A DNA stretch of 64,000 nt from Candidatus Hodarchaeota archaeon (GCA_048887225.1 JBHLJY010000002.1:64001-128000); one strand, 5' to 3'. Shown: positions 1 through 10,717, numbered from the stretch's first letter. Made by a program: numbers and translations. Notes: generated from the letters alone by a model not told the origin.

Positions 1-630
1 GGTCCTATTAAAAAAGAAGATATTTTAAATGCCAATATTGTCAACGATTTTGATCCATATTCCGCCGTTGTTTTGGGCTTTAGCGTGCCTATTTTACCAG
101 AAGCGAAGGAACAAGCCTATAAAGATAACATTAGAATTTTTACAAATAATGTAATCTATCGTTTATTAGAAGATTACATTGAATACGCTGAAACTAGGAG
201 AGCTGAAGATACTGCTAAAGAATTGAGCGAATTAATCTTGCCAGCTAAAATAAAAATGTTCCCAGAATACATTTTCAGAAATTCAAATCCAGCTGTTTTT
301 GGAGTGAGTGTCGAAGGAGGCACTTTAAAACCAAAAGTTCCTTTAATAACTGATGATGGTAAAAGGATAGGTAGAGTCCATCAAATACAAGATAAAGGAC
401 AATCTTTAGAGAAGGCAGATAAAGATAGCGAAGTGGCAATATCAGTTCGGGGAATTGAAATCGGACGTGATATTGGAAAAGATGAAACGCTCTTTGTAAA
501 CGTTCCAGAATCCCATGTAAGACAATTAATGTCGAAATTCCTAAATGAACTTACCTCAGATCAAAAAGAAGTTTTAAGGGATTTTATAAAATTAATGAGA
601 AAAATTAATCATCCTTGGTGGGGAATGTGA
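1..630 (+). CDS. infB: Translation initiation factor aIF5B/IF-2, C-terminal part (5'-truncated by the window)
   Basis: Frame open from base 1 (GPIKKEDI...VLGF); domain III/IV motifs IFTNNVIYRLLEDY, IFRNSNPAVFGV, EVAISV. Confidence 0.95.
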   Translation, partial: GPIKKEDILNANIVNDFDPYSAVVLGFSVPILPEAKEQAYKDNIRIFTNNVIYRLLEDYIEYAETRRAEDTAKELSELILPAKIKMFPEYIFRNSNPAVFGVSVEGGTLKPKVPLITDDGKRIGRVHQIQDKGQSLEKADKDSEVAISVRGIEIGRDIGKDETLFVNVPESHVRQLMSKFLNELTSDQKEVLRDFIKLMRKINHPWWGM

Positions 631-733
631 TTTCTAAAGATTTGTGCGATATTTTATTAGTTTTTTTAAATTGTATATTATTTTGTGATTTTTGAATCAA
701 TTTTTCTTTAGTTGATTCGTTAATTGAATAATG

Positions 734-1357
734 CTAATGTCTTGTTTCTAATGGTCTCTTTCGGTACTTAAAATATGCAATTGCTATTGTAGCGCCAGCA
801 AATATCAATGCTAGATAAAATAATAAATAAAGCAGATCTATAAATCTTTCTAAAGACGTATTTTCAGAATCGTCATCATTATCATCGAGATCAGGAATAG
901 GATTAACATATTTATGAAAAACTATAACATAGTAGGTTAATTCAGTTGATGATGGATTTGACGAGTCATTGTGATAGAATACAATGTACCATATATCATT
1001 TTTAGGAGGATCAAAATAGCCATAATCATTATCTAAACTTCCATTCGATAATACATCGTAGGCTTTATCTGGAAATTCTTCGTATTGTGTTTCATTCATC
1101 ACCATAACTGTAATATTGACAGGAGTTGAGTTGGTAGAATATCCCCAATACACTCTGTCAGTTATTACAGCACTAAAAGAAATAGATCTATTTTCTCCGT
1201 AATTGACATAACTGAAATCTGAAGCGCGAGGTTGTAAATAGCTTCTTTTATTATTTGAAATCTTTATAGACGGGAGTGGTAAATTAGAAATAAAAATAAT
1301 CGTGAAAAGCACTAATAAATAAGGCAATTTATTTTTCATTATCTTACCTAAATACAT
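734..1357 (-). CDS. Secreted/membrane-anchored hypothetical protein
   Basis: N-terminal hydrophobic signal, acidic linker, C-terminal TM followed by basic residues. Confidence 0.75.
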   Translation of the reverse strand: MYLGKIMKNKLPYLLVLFTIIFISNLPLPSIKISNNKRSYLQPRASDFSYVNYGENRSISFSAVITDRVYWGYSTNSTPVNITVMVMNETQYEEFPDKAYDVLSNGSLDNDYGYFDPPKNDIWYIVFYHNDSSNPSSTELTYYVIVFHKYVNPIPDLDDNDDDSENTSLERFIDLLYLLFYLALIFAGATIAIAYFKYRKRPLETRH

Positions 1358-1535
1358 TACTTTTTCTCGTATTTAATAATAATTTTGAATTAGATAAATT
1401 TTAATCGGAAATTTTTTGGATGATCTTTTTCTATGTTTAATTAAAGAGAATCTAAATATTTCTTTTTCTTATTATAAAATAATTAATATTTTCTAAATTG
1501 CTGACATTATAATTATCAATATCAAGATTTGATCT

Positions 1536-2996
1536 ATGAGTTCTGTAAGCGAAATTTTAGAATCTGTATTAAAAGAGATTACCCCTACAAATCGAGAATT
1601 AACAGTAATTAATGAAATAGTAGAGAGATTAAAATTTTTATTAGAAAAAAAAGCAAAAGAATTAAAAATAGAATATACTAAAATTGAACCACAAGGTTCC
1701 ACGGGTATTAAACAAACTCAATTAAAAAACGATTTTGATATCGATTTATTTATTGGACTAAATTACGATTTATACAAACCAAAGTACGAGGGATTAAGTA
1801 AAAGTAAATTAAGGAAAGCATCGAAAAAAGACTTTTTAAATTTGTGTAATGAGTGGATCTTAAAAGCTTTAGATTTAAAAGAATTTAAAAATCCCCGCCT
1901 ATTGTATGCTGAACATCCTTACGTAACTGTAAATTACTTTATTCAAAATATTAAAATAGAAATTAATATTGTTCTTTATTTTGATTTGGACCTAGATTTT
2001 ATAAAAAAAAATGGTCCCATAACTGCTGTTGATAGATCACCATGGCACGGTAATTTTGTGAAAGATAACTTAACAAATGATCAAAAAAATGATGTTAGAC
2101 TATTAAAACAATTTTTTAAATCCTGTTATAGTTATGGTGATAAAAGTCCAGTAGGAAAAGTTGGATTCATTGGATACAGTGCAGAATTGTTAATTTATTA
2201 TTTTGGAACTATTCAAAAACTTTTTGAAAATTTTAATAAATTAAAAGAAAATCCTTTGGACTATTTCAATAGAAGCAAAAAAGAATTGGATAAGATAATT
2301 CATTTTCAAAACGATTATCTTATTATCATAGACCCTATTGATAAGAATAGGAATGTAGCATCGGCAATATCAGAAAAAGCATATAAGTATTGTAATCAAA
2401 GAGTAAAAACCTTCTTAAACAATCCCAATACTTACTTTTTTAAGATAAATCCAATACCGGAAGCGGATTTATCGAATTCTGAAGATCCTATCCTTTCAAA
2501 AACATATATTTTAGAATTTAACAGCGAAAACAATGGTGTTCATTATACTATTTATAGAGATAAATTATATTCTTTAGGGGATAGTATTAAAGTTAATGGA
2601 GAAAAAGAGTTTTCTCACGCTTCGCGGTTTGAAAACATTGCTTTTGAAGTATATTTTGAAGATGTTAAGAAAGAATATAATCTCGCATTATTTTGCAGTA
2701 AGCCAATAATTTCTAAAAGTTTTATTCGCAGGGGTCCACCAGTTAAAGAAAAATTTCACGCCGTTCAATTTAAAGAGAAAAATCCTAATTTTTTCGAAAA
2801 AAAAGGATATTTATGGGTGGAAACCGAAAGGAAATTTAACAATTTTTTTGAGTTTATAAAAGATTTTGTTCGTAAAAAAATTCCCGAATATCTAAATATT
2901 GTCAACATATCCATCTCGTTCGATGTCAAAACGACTTCTGGAAAAAGAGCGATTTATATCTTAAAAGAAATGGTTTTACCATTTTACAATATATAA
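1536..2996 (+). CDS. cca: Class I (archaeal) tRNA CCA-adding nucleotidyltransferase
   Basis: GS...DIDLF, YAEHPY, AVDRSPWH, VRLLKQF, GYSAELL, IIDPIDKNRNVASA motifs. Confidence 0.92.
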   Translation: MSSVSEILESVLKEITPTNRELTVINEIVERLKFLLEKKAKELKIEYTKIEPQGSTGIKQTQLKNDFDIDLFIGLNYDLYKPKYEGLSKSKLRKASKKDFLNLCNEWILKALDLKEFKNPRLLYAEHPYVTVNYFIQNIKIEINIVLYFDLDLDFIKKNGPITAVDRSPWHGNFVKDNLTNDQKNDVRLLKQFFKSCYSYGDKSPVGKVGFIGYSAELLIYYFGTIQKLFENFNKLKENPLDYFNRSKKELDKIIHFQNDYLIIIDPIDKNRNVASAISEKAYKYCNQRVKTFLNNPNTYFFKINPIPEADLSNSEDPILSKTYILEFNSENNGVHYTIYRDKLYSLGDSIKVNGEKEFSHASRFENIAFEVYFEDVKKEYNLALFCSKPIISKSFIRRGPPVKEKFHAVQFKEKNPNFFEKKGYLWVETERKFNNFFEFIKDFVRKKIPEYLNIVNISISFDVKTTSGKRAIYILKEMVLPFYNI

Positions 2997-3134
2997 ATTT
3001 AACATAAATTCTCAATATTTTAGTCTCAAATTTAAATAAATTCACGCTTTATAGCTGTAATACATAAAATTTTTATGGTTTCTTATATTTTGATTTGTAA
3101 TTATTACAAAGGAATTTCTATTAAGTGTATATAG

Positions 3135-5387
3135 ATGGTAAAAGTAAAGAATCCAGAAGAAATCGCTAGATTGGTTACATCTGGCTCTTATGAGAAAAAA
3201 AGAATTTTCAGCATTACAGCTCACATTGATCACGGAAAAACTACAGCAACAGATTATCTATTGAGACGAGCTGGACTTATGAGACCAGAAGACGCGGGTC
3301 AATTACAAATGACTGATAGCGACGATGAAGAACAAGAACGCGGAATCACAATTTTTACGAGTGTAGTGCTGCTTTCTTTCCAAGATCCAAGAAAACCTGA
3401 CGATGACGAGCCATACATTTTTCAGCTGAATGATACGCCTGGACACATATCGTTCACGGGAGAAGTTTCTCGTGCACTCAGAGGAAGCGATGGTGCCATT
3501 ATATTGGTTGACGCACTCGAAGGAGTAATGACACAAACGGAGACCAACATTAGGTTAGCAGTAGGAGAAGAATTTTGCAAGCCCGTACTATTTATTAATA
3601 AAGTTGACAGATTGATAAGCGAACTAAAATTAAGTCCAAAAGAAACTTTTGAAAAAATAGATAAAATTACAAGAGAAGTTAACGAGTTAATTAAGAAGGT
3701 TAGACCTGAAGGATCAAATTGGTCAATTGATTTTGCTAAAAATTCTGTTGCTGTCGGTTCAGCAAAACACGGATGGGGTTTTACATATGAAATTTTGCTG
3801 GATAAGAAATTAAAACCTCAAGATGTTTTCGCAAAATATAACGAAGGAGATATTATGTGGTTAAGAGAAAACTTACCTCTTGATGAGTCAATGCTACGGA
3901 TGGTTGTTGATCATTTGCCTGATCCTATATCTGCAGCAAAATATAGAATACCCCACATCTGGGGGGGAGATCTCAGTACTGAACTTGGTCAGGCTCTTCA
4001 AAAGAGTGATCCAAAAGGACCTCTATATGGGATGATTACAAAAATATTCCTTGATCCTAAAAAAAATTATCAGGCAACTTTAATTGGACGAGTATTCTCT
4101 GGTATTTTTGACCAAACTGATTCATTGTATTTAGTTAATAGCAAAACTACGAATCGAGTAAAAAGATTAGGAGTAATGGAGATTACAGATATTTTAGATA
4201 TCTCAAGAATTCCCGCGGGGAACCTATTTGCTCTCTATGGATTTATTTGTCCTTCAGGTGAAACTTTTTTAGCTGCAGATAAGGTGCCAAAGGATAAAGA
4301 AGAAGCCGCAAGAATCCCTTCATTTGAAAAAATAAATTATGCATGTAAAGCTGTTGTATCGAGAAGCATTAAAGCACGAGATCCTCATGATCTCGCAAAA
4401 CTAGGAGAAATCGTTGGTAAATGGCTCCAAGCGGATCCTACGGCAGAATTTCGGCTAGATAAAGAGTCAATGGAGTATATTTTAAGTGGCATTGATCCTT
4501 TACAAATTGAAATTTTAACCAAAAGGATAAATAATCAAGTTAAAATTGAAATGGGAGAACCAATTATAGTGTATCGAGAAAAGATTAATAAGAAAAGCAA
4601 AGAATATCACACGAAATCATCAAATACACACAATCGTATATTATTATATGTAGAGCCTTTAGATGAAAAAACTGAGGAATTAATTGATTTGGGTAAGATT
4701 ACAGATTTACAAAATGAAAAAGAACGAGCTCAAATTCTAAGGGAAGAAGCAGGATGGGATACGAAAGAAGCGAGACGTATTGTTGATGTGTACAAAGGAA
4801 ATATTCTCGTTAACGGAACATCGGGATTACAACGTTTTGACAGAGTTAAAAATGATCTCGTAAGCTCGTTTAGAAATTGGCTTGAAGAGTGTATTTTAGC
4901 TAAAGAGCCTGCTATGGGAATAAGAGCAACTTTTACAGATATGGTTATCCATGAGGACCCAAGGCACACTCAATTTGCGCAAACCGCAAGCATGGTTTAT
5001 TCCGCTCTATCATTGGCAATGCTAGAAGCTGAACCTCATTTATTTGAACCAGTTCAAAGGATTGATGTCAAAACTCCTTCTGGAACCGAAGGTGGTGTTA
5101 ATTCAATAATAAACAAGCATCGCGGCAGAATTCATAATGTTGTTCCTGAAGGCGAGTATGTAAGAGTTCAAGGTCAAATTCCGGCAGCAGAAGTAATTGG
5201 GATTGCTGATGAAATTAGAAGTTCCACACAAGGAAGGGCATTTTTTGGCTATGAATTCAAAGGATTTGAAAGAGTCCCTCCTTCGCTAGAAGAGGAAGTA
5301 ATTTTAGATATAAGAAAACGCAAAGGAATGCCAGAAAGTTTGCCAAATTCCAAAAGCTGGGAGAGATTCATTTATAAAAGAACTTAA
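3135..5387 (+). CDS. Elongation factor 2 family GTPase, probably the Asgard paralog aEF-2p
   Basis: AHIDHGKTT, EQERGITI, DTPGH, NKVD; diphthamide loop reads HEDPRHTQ instead of H..HRG; not next to ribosomal protein S7/S12 genes. Confidence 0.9.
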   Translation: MVKVKNPEEIARLVTSGSYEKKRIFSITAHIDHGKTTATDYLLRRAGLMRPEDAGQLQMTDSDDEEQERGITIFTSVVLLSFQDPRKPDDDEPYIFQLNDTPGHISFTGEVSRALRGSDGAIILVDALEGVMTQTETNIRLAVGEEFCKPVLFINKVDRLISELKLSPKETFEKIDKITREVNELIKKVRPEGSNWSIDFAKNSVAVGSAKHGWGFTYEILLDKKLKPQDVFAKYNEGDIMWLRENLPLDESMLRMVVDHLPDPISAAKYRIPHIWGGDLSTELGQALQKSDPKGPLYGMITKIFLDPKKNYQATLIGRVFSGIFDQTDSLYLVNSKTTNRVKRLGVMEITDILDISRIPAGNLFALYGFICPSGETFLAADKVPKDKEEAARIPSFEKINYACKAVVSRSIKARDPHDLAKLGEIVGKWLQADPTAEFRLDKESMEYILSGIDPLQIEILTKRINNQVKIEMGEPIIVYREKINKKSKEYHTKSSNTHNRILLYVEPLDEKTEELIDLGKITDLQNEKERAQILREEAGWDTKEARRIVDVYKGNILVNGTSGLQRFDRVKNDLVSSFRNWLEECILAKEPAMGIRATFTDMVIHEDPRHTQFAQTASMVYSALSLAMLEAEPHLFEPVQRIDVKTPSGTEGGVNSIINKHRGRIHNVVPEGEYVRVQGQIPAAEVIGIADEIRSSTQGRAFFGYEFKGFERVPPSLEEEVILDIRKRKGMPESLPNSKSWERFIYKRT

Positions 5388-5527
5388 AAAATTTTATAAT
5401 ATTATTCTTATTCATAAATTAAAGAGTTCTTTCAATTCAAGAGTGTTATCAAATTAAAATTAGTTTTTACAGATTATCAATATTTAAAGAATTAAAACAC
5501 TATAATTATATTTAAAGAATAAATAAA

Positions 5528-6409
5528 TTGCGAAAGTACTTACTTAGCGATCAAGAAATGAACGAAGATCAAGGAACAAATGATGATTTAAACGATGATG
5601 ACCTACAAACTTATTTAAAAGATATAGAACATCTCAAATCCGATTTTTCAGATTTAGATGATTTAGACTTAGAAGAGATTCAGGAAATGAAAGAAGCGAT
5701 TGCTAAAGTTAGAGAAGAAGAATTAACGAGTGAAGTGGAGAAAATAACCGAAAGTAAAACTGAAATGAATAATTATACGGAACAAAAAAAAGAACTTATT
5801 TCAGATTTTTCAGATATGGATGAAATTGATTTCGATGAATTAAGAGAAATGAAGCAAGCAATTGAAACAGTGAAACAAGAAGAATTTCAAGATAGTTCTA
5901 AAAGTGAAATTGAATTTAAATCATCTCAAGAGATTTCTGAAGAGTTAGAAGAAAGAATTAAGCAAGAATTGATTAAAAAAAAAGCTAAAGAAGAAAAAGA
6001 AATAATCACACCTGAAAAGTTCTTAGACTATATTAAAACCAAACGCGATAAGATTTGGTATCACGCACTATATTATTTGGTATTTGAAGTAGAAGATCAT
6101 ACAGCAAGTAAAGCTTTATTATATGATATTTTAAAGGAAGTCACAAGTAAAAATGCTATTGATCCAATCCCAGAACATAAATTTTATTTCGGATTAGGGT
6201 ATATTCTAAGATTATCGTTAGATTCCAATAAAATAATTAGGTATATGAGCGGCGGAAAATTTAGAGTTAATACCAAAGTTAGTATTAAGAAATTGAAAGA
6301 ATTATTAGAAAAATCGGGAGAACCTATTAGCACACGACCAATTATCGAAGAAAATGAAAAGAAAAAAATGTTTAAAGATTTTCTAGAAGATGATTTTCTA
6401 GATATTTAA
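5528..6409 (+). CDS. Hypothetical acidic protein with duplicated N-terminal motif
   Basis: 293-aa ORF; two copies of LxSDFSDxDxxDxxExxEMKxAIxxVxxEE. Confidence 0.75.
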   Translation: MRKYLLSDQEMNEDQGTNDDLNDDDLQTYLKDIEHLKSDFSDLDDLDLEEIQEMKEAIAKVREEELTSEVEKITESKTEMNNYTEQKKELISDFSDMDEIDFDELREMKQAIETVKQEEFQDSSKSEIEFKSSQEISEELEERIKQELIKKKAKEEKEIITPEKFLDYIKTKRDKIWYHALYYLVFEVEDHTASKALLYDILKEVTSKNAIDPIPEHKFYFGLGYILRLSLDSNKIIRYMSGGKFRVNTKVSIKKLKELLEKSGEPISTRPIIEENEKKKMFKDFLEDDFLDI

Positions 6410-6480
6410 ATTTAGACTTATTAGGTTCAGGTGTAATTCTTAAAATTCATAATTTAGAATGAATTTGTTAAATCTTTAAA

Positions 6481-7116
6481 ATGAAGGAAAAACCATCACT
6501 ATTAATAATTGGAAATTCTAATGTTGGAAAAAGTTCTATTACACGATTGCTATTACCAAATCCAAGTAAATTTAAGGGAAAAACGGGCAAAAAACCTGGA
6601 AGTACTTTATTAATAAAACCTATTTCGCAACCAACTTTACCCTATAAAATAGTTGACTTACCTGGCTTCGGTTACTTGCGACAATCAAGTCGCAGAAGAG
6701 AGGAACATATTAAAAATCAAATAGTAATTCACATTGAAAGACAGTATAAGGATTATTTTTTTGGTTTAGTTGTGATTAATATCCTAAGAATTGAGGATGA
6801 AATTACAAAATACTATATTCAGAATAAGGAAACTATTCCATTAAGTTTTGAATTAATTAAATTTTTGAAAGAATTTAAAATCCCTTTATTAGTTTTAATA
6901 AATAAAATAGATAAGATTTCAAATAATGATAAGAAAAAAGCAATTAATTTTTTCGTTGATTCTGCAAATGAGTATGGTTTAAGTTTAACTCATTTAGATG
7001 AATATAATAATGAGACAGAAATTCCATATCTAGAATTTTCTGCTTTGAAAAAAACAAATTTGGGTAAATTAAAACAAATAATACATAATTTTCTAAAAAA
7101 TATCAAAAAAGTTTAA
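6481..7116 (+). CDS. engB: EngB/YihA-family GTPase
   Basis: GNSNVGKSS, KKPGST, DLPGFGY, NKID, FSALK. Confidence 0.9.
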   Translation: MKEKPSLLIIGNSNVGKSSITRLLLPNPSKFKGKTGKKPGSTLLIKPISQPTLPYKIVDLPGFGYLRQSSRRREEHIKNQIVIHIERQYKDYFFGLVVINILRIEDEITKYYIQNKETIPLSFELIKFLKEFKIPLLVLINKIDKISNNDKKKAINFFVDSANEYGLSLTHLDEYNNETEIPYLEFSALKKTNLGKLKQIIHNFLKNIKKV

Positions 7117-7161
7117 GGTAATAGTGCCTTAAAACAATAAATCTCTCAAAATTATAAGTAT

Positions 7162-8388
7162 ATGAAATATATTATTTTAATTTGTGATGGAGCTGCGGAT
7201 TGGCCGATTAAAGATTTAGGTAATAAAACAATATTTGAAGCAGCTTACACCCCCTCAATGGATTGGATCGCTAATCACGGTCAGATGGGAATGTTAAAAA
7301 CCATTCCCGAAGGGTTAGACCCTGGTAGTGGATATGCTAATATGACTATTATGGGATATCGACCTGAAAAGGATTTCACTGGCCGTGGACCATTAGAAGC
7401 ATTAAGTGCGGGAGTAACGTTAAGCAAAACGGATATAGCGTTCAGATGTAATCTTATAACTATTTCTGAAGGATTAATTGAAGATTATTCATCAGGGCAT
7501 ATTCCTACAGAAGAATCCAAAATTTTAATAGAACATATTCAGTCTCAATTAAAGGAAAATGGAGTTGATTTCTTTCCCGGTGTACAATACCGCCACATCT
7601 TAAGGCTCAATGGTAATAAATTCTCCGAAAACATTATCTCAACACCTCCCCATGATCAACTCAGTAAACCATATAAAGAATTTTTACCAAAATCTAATGA
7701 TCTTGATGATGAAAAAGCTAATTTGACTGCGGATTATATTATTAAACTAATCGAAAGGAGTCATAAACCATTAATTGAACATAAAATCAATAAAAACAGA
7801 GCAAAAAATGGTAAAAGGATGGCAACTCATATATGGCCTTGGGGTGGAGGTAAAAAACCAAATATGGAGCCTTTTAATAAAAAATATGGTCTAAATGGAT
7901 CTGTCATTTCAGCTGTTGATTTAATATTCGGTATTGGAATTGCCGTAGGGCTAAAACCAGTTCGTGTTGAAGGGGCAACTGGCTTACCCGACACAAATTA
8001 CAAGGGAAAAGTAGAAGCAGCTCTAAATGAGTTAAAAGAAAAAGATTTAGTATATCTACATGTAGAAGCAATAGATGAAATGGGGCATACCGGCGATCCC
8101 AAAAAGAAAATAGCTGCTTTAAAAGACTTCGATCAATATATTATAAAACCGTTCATTGACACACAAGATGAATTTAATAATGAATTGGTAATTGTTGTCT
8201 TAGCAGACCATGCAACACCATGCAAAATTAGAACACATTCAAATGAACCGGTACCATTTGCAATTTATAATCCTAAGAAAGAATCTAAAATAAAGCGTTC
8301 ACGAAAATATTCAGAAAAGTCTGGAGAAGAAGGCGAGTTTGGTTTAATTGAAAATGGAGAAGATTTTATAAAACTCATTTTGAGGTAA
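7162..8388 (+). CDS. apgM: Cofactor-independent phosphoglycerate mutase, archaeal type
   Basis: DGAAD, PGS, GRGPLEA, AFRCN, DEMGH, DHATP...THS. Confidence 0.93.
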   Translation: MKYIILICDGAADWPIKDLGNKTIFEAAYTPSMDWIANHGQMGMLKTIPEGLDPGSGYANMTIMGYRPEKDFTGRGPLEALSAGVTLSKTDIAFRCNLITISEGLIEDYSSGHIPTEESKILIEHIQSQLKENGVDFFPGVQYRHILRLNGNKFSENIISTPPHDQLSKPYKEFLPKSNDLDDEKANLTADYIIKLIERSHKPLIEHKINKNRAKNGKRMATHIWPWGGGKKPNMEPFNKKYGLNGSVISAVDLIFGIGIAVGLKPVRVEGATGLPDTNYKGKVEAALNELKEKDLVYLHVEAIDEMGHTGDPKKKIAALKDFDQYIIKPFIDTQDEFNNELVIVVLADHATPCKIRTHSNEPVPFAIYNPKKESKIKRSRKYSEKSGEEGEFGLIENGEDFIKLILR

Positions 8389-8391
8389 AGA

Positions 8392-9687
8392 TCAAGACAG
8401 TATAATTTTAGGATCTTTTACAGTGTCCCAATTAACAGCAAATAAAAAGTCTCTGCTAGGTTCATTTTTATATATTAGTGGAAAATTTCCAAGTTCTTCA
8501 AATTTGAAAGCAATTTTCTCTAGAAACTCATAATCAGGGAAGAAATAATTAACAGGCTTTTTGCTTTTCAAACGGTCTTTTATTAATAATGCTTTAGCTT
8601 GTAAGGTGAATCCTTTGATTTCAAAGAAGTTGGGGTTTGCTTTTTCAATAATTTTAATATAATCATTTATTAGATTTTCATCAAAATTAACATTAAGGTC
8701 TTTTACAGCAGTTAATCTCACGAGAGTCCTACAAGAAAGTGATTCAATTATATCCAAGGATTCTTGAATTTTAGACCATCCATTTTTAATCATTGGACGG
8801 CAAATTTGTTTGTAATTTTTTTCGTTCGAAGCTGGTAGTGTAATATATAATTGAGAGGGTAATGGATTTAAGGATTTTATTTTTTCTGGTAGAGTTCCAT
8901 TTGTCACGATAAATATAGTCATTTTTCGACTTTTAAACTCTTCAACGAGATCGGATATTCTAGGATACAACATTGGTTCACCATCAAGAGAAATAGCTGC
9001 GTGATTTGGATTCATTGCTTCACCATGCGCTTGCATAATCTCATCTGGAGTTGTTAATTCACGATGGACTAAGTTTTGAATTTCGTCTTTTGAATGAATA
9101 CAACGTTCAATATCTTTATCAAGTTTAAATTTTTTAAAAGTACTGCCGATAGGATGAATAAATTTTTGATTTTTTAATAAAGTTAATGCTCGTTCAATTT
9201 TATTTTTACTAATATTAATCTTTTTAGATAAATGATTGATATTATGGTGATCTCCATTTTTAAGCATAAAATAAAGAATGTCATTCATAATTTCGTAATT
9301 ATCTAAATATTTTCTTAAAGATAAATGATTTTGGATGATATCTTGTTGATGTCGGATCATTTCATTAACCAAATCTTTAGGTTCATCGGGCTCAACGATA
9401 AATTCGCTTCCAAGACCTCCAATTTCAATATCTCGCCAACAAAAAACACATTGATGATTGCAAAAAGGTAAAGAGGGAGTATTTTGAAGGCACCTATGAC
9501 TTTGAATTCCAAAAACACCTTTGTAGCAGTTTCGATTGTCTCTCCCTGTCATCAATTTTTGTTCGAGCCAATGACAAGGTTTTACAGCTGAATGCTTATT
9601 ATTTCCGATAATTCTATAAGTTGTTTTCGTATAAATTTCAATAAATTCATTTGTAATGTTATTATCAACAATAAATTCCTTATTCAT
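8392..9687 (-). CDS. taw1: 4-demethylwyosine synthase Taw1/TYW1 (radical SAM) with inserted helical domain
   Basis: HSAVKPCHW, CYK, SHRCLQ.TP, CNHQCVFCWR, HAAISLDGEP, FIVTNG. Confidence 0.92.
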   Translation of the reverse strand: MNKEFIVDNNITNEFIEIYTKTTYRIIGNNKHSAVKPCHWLEQKLMTGRDNRNCYKGVFGIQSHRCLQNTPSLPFCNHQCVFCWRDIEIGGLGSEFIVEPDEPKDLVNEMIRHQQDIIQNHLSLRKYLDNYEIMNDILYFMLKNGDHHNINHLSKKINISKNKIERALTLLKNQKFIHPIGSTFKKFKLDKDIERCIHSKDEIQNLVHRELTTPDEIMQAHGEAMNPNHAAISLDGEPMLYPRISDLVEEFKSRKMTIFIVTNGTLPEKIKSLNPLPSQLYITLPASNEKNYKQICRPMIKNGWSKIQESLDIIESLSCRTLVRLTAVKDLNVNFDENLINDYIKIIEKANPNFFEIKGFTLQAKALLIKDRLKSKKPVNYFFPDYEFLEKIAFKFEELGNFPLIYKNEPSRDFLFAVNWDTVKDPKIILS

Positions 9688-9829
9688 TAAAGGTAACCAA
9701 TCTTTGCTCTAATTTTCTCACTATTTAACATCTAATAATAAATGTATTTCATGTTAGTAAATAAAAAATACGATTAAAAATTATAAGTTTTGAAATAATT
9801 AAGGTGTATGTTATAAATTATAAATAAAA

Positions 9830-10717
9830 TTGTTTAAAATGTTAAATAGGATAAAGTCGGATTTGTTAAACCTCAGATTAAAATTTATGAGTGTAGACGA
9901 GAAAATAGTAAGATTATTTTTAGAGACAAAGCCGTCTAACGTTAACGAAATTGTAATTTTACCGGCAGTTAAGATAGTAATGATAAAATTGATAAATAAA
10001 CTTCGAAACAAAAGAGTTCGTGGCAGAGTGTATAATGGACTATTAAATGGAGTTAATGTAAGTATAATCAGATCTTTAGTAGGTTGTCCTAACTGTGCTA
10101 TTACTGTAGAAAGTTTAAAAAGATGTAAAATAAAAGCAATCTTAAGAGTTGATTTTTGTGGGGGCATTAACAACTTGGGCAATCAAATTGAAATAGGAGA
10201 TATTTTAATCCCAAGATTAGCATATTGCGGTGATGGGACGAGTTTACATTATATTCTTAAACATCCTGAGTTAAATAATAAAATAAAGTCAATTTCAAAT
10301 CCCATTTCGAAAGTTCAAGAGTTTGAATCGGTTAATCAAAAAGTATTCATTACTAAGCCCAATACTCAATTAAAAGAACTTATATTTAATGAAGCTAAAT
10401 CTAAAATTAGTAAAAAAGTTAAAGAGGTTGATTTTTGGACAACCGATGCCTTATTTTGTGAAACCCCGAATTTTTTAGCTGCTTTAAAATCTATAAATGT
10501 GAGAGGGATCGATATGGAATCTTCAATATTGTTTCTTTTAGGTGTTCTTTTTAATATAAGCACAGCTGCAATTCTTTCAGTTTCAGATTTACCAGGGCAT
10601 CATAAATATGATATCTTTAAATCAAAAGAAATTCACCCTAATGTGGAAAATGGGATTAATAAAGCAATTGAAATAGTTATTAGTTCATTGCCTAAAATTA
10701 AATCAGCATTAAAATGA
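9830..10717 (+). CDS. Purine/uridine nucleoside phosphorylase family protein
   Basis: VG.P, RVDFCGG, WTTDALFCET, GIDMESS, LSVSD. Confidence 0.8.
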   Translation: MFKMLNRIKSDLLNLRLKFMSVDEKIVRLFLETKPSNVNEIVILPAVKIVMIKLINKLRNKRVRGRVYNGLLNGVNVSIIRSLVGCPNCAITVESLKRCKIKAILRVDFCGGINNLGNQIEIGDILIPRLAYCGDGTSLHYILKHPELNNKIKSISNPISKVQEFESVNQKVFITKPNTQLKELIFNEAKSKISKKVKEVDFWTTDALFCETPNFLAALKSINVRGIDMESSILFLLGVLFNISTAAILSVSDLPGHHKYDIFKSKEIHPNVENGINKAIEIVISSLPKIKSALK

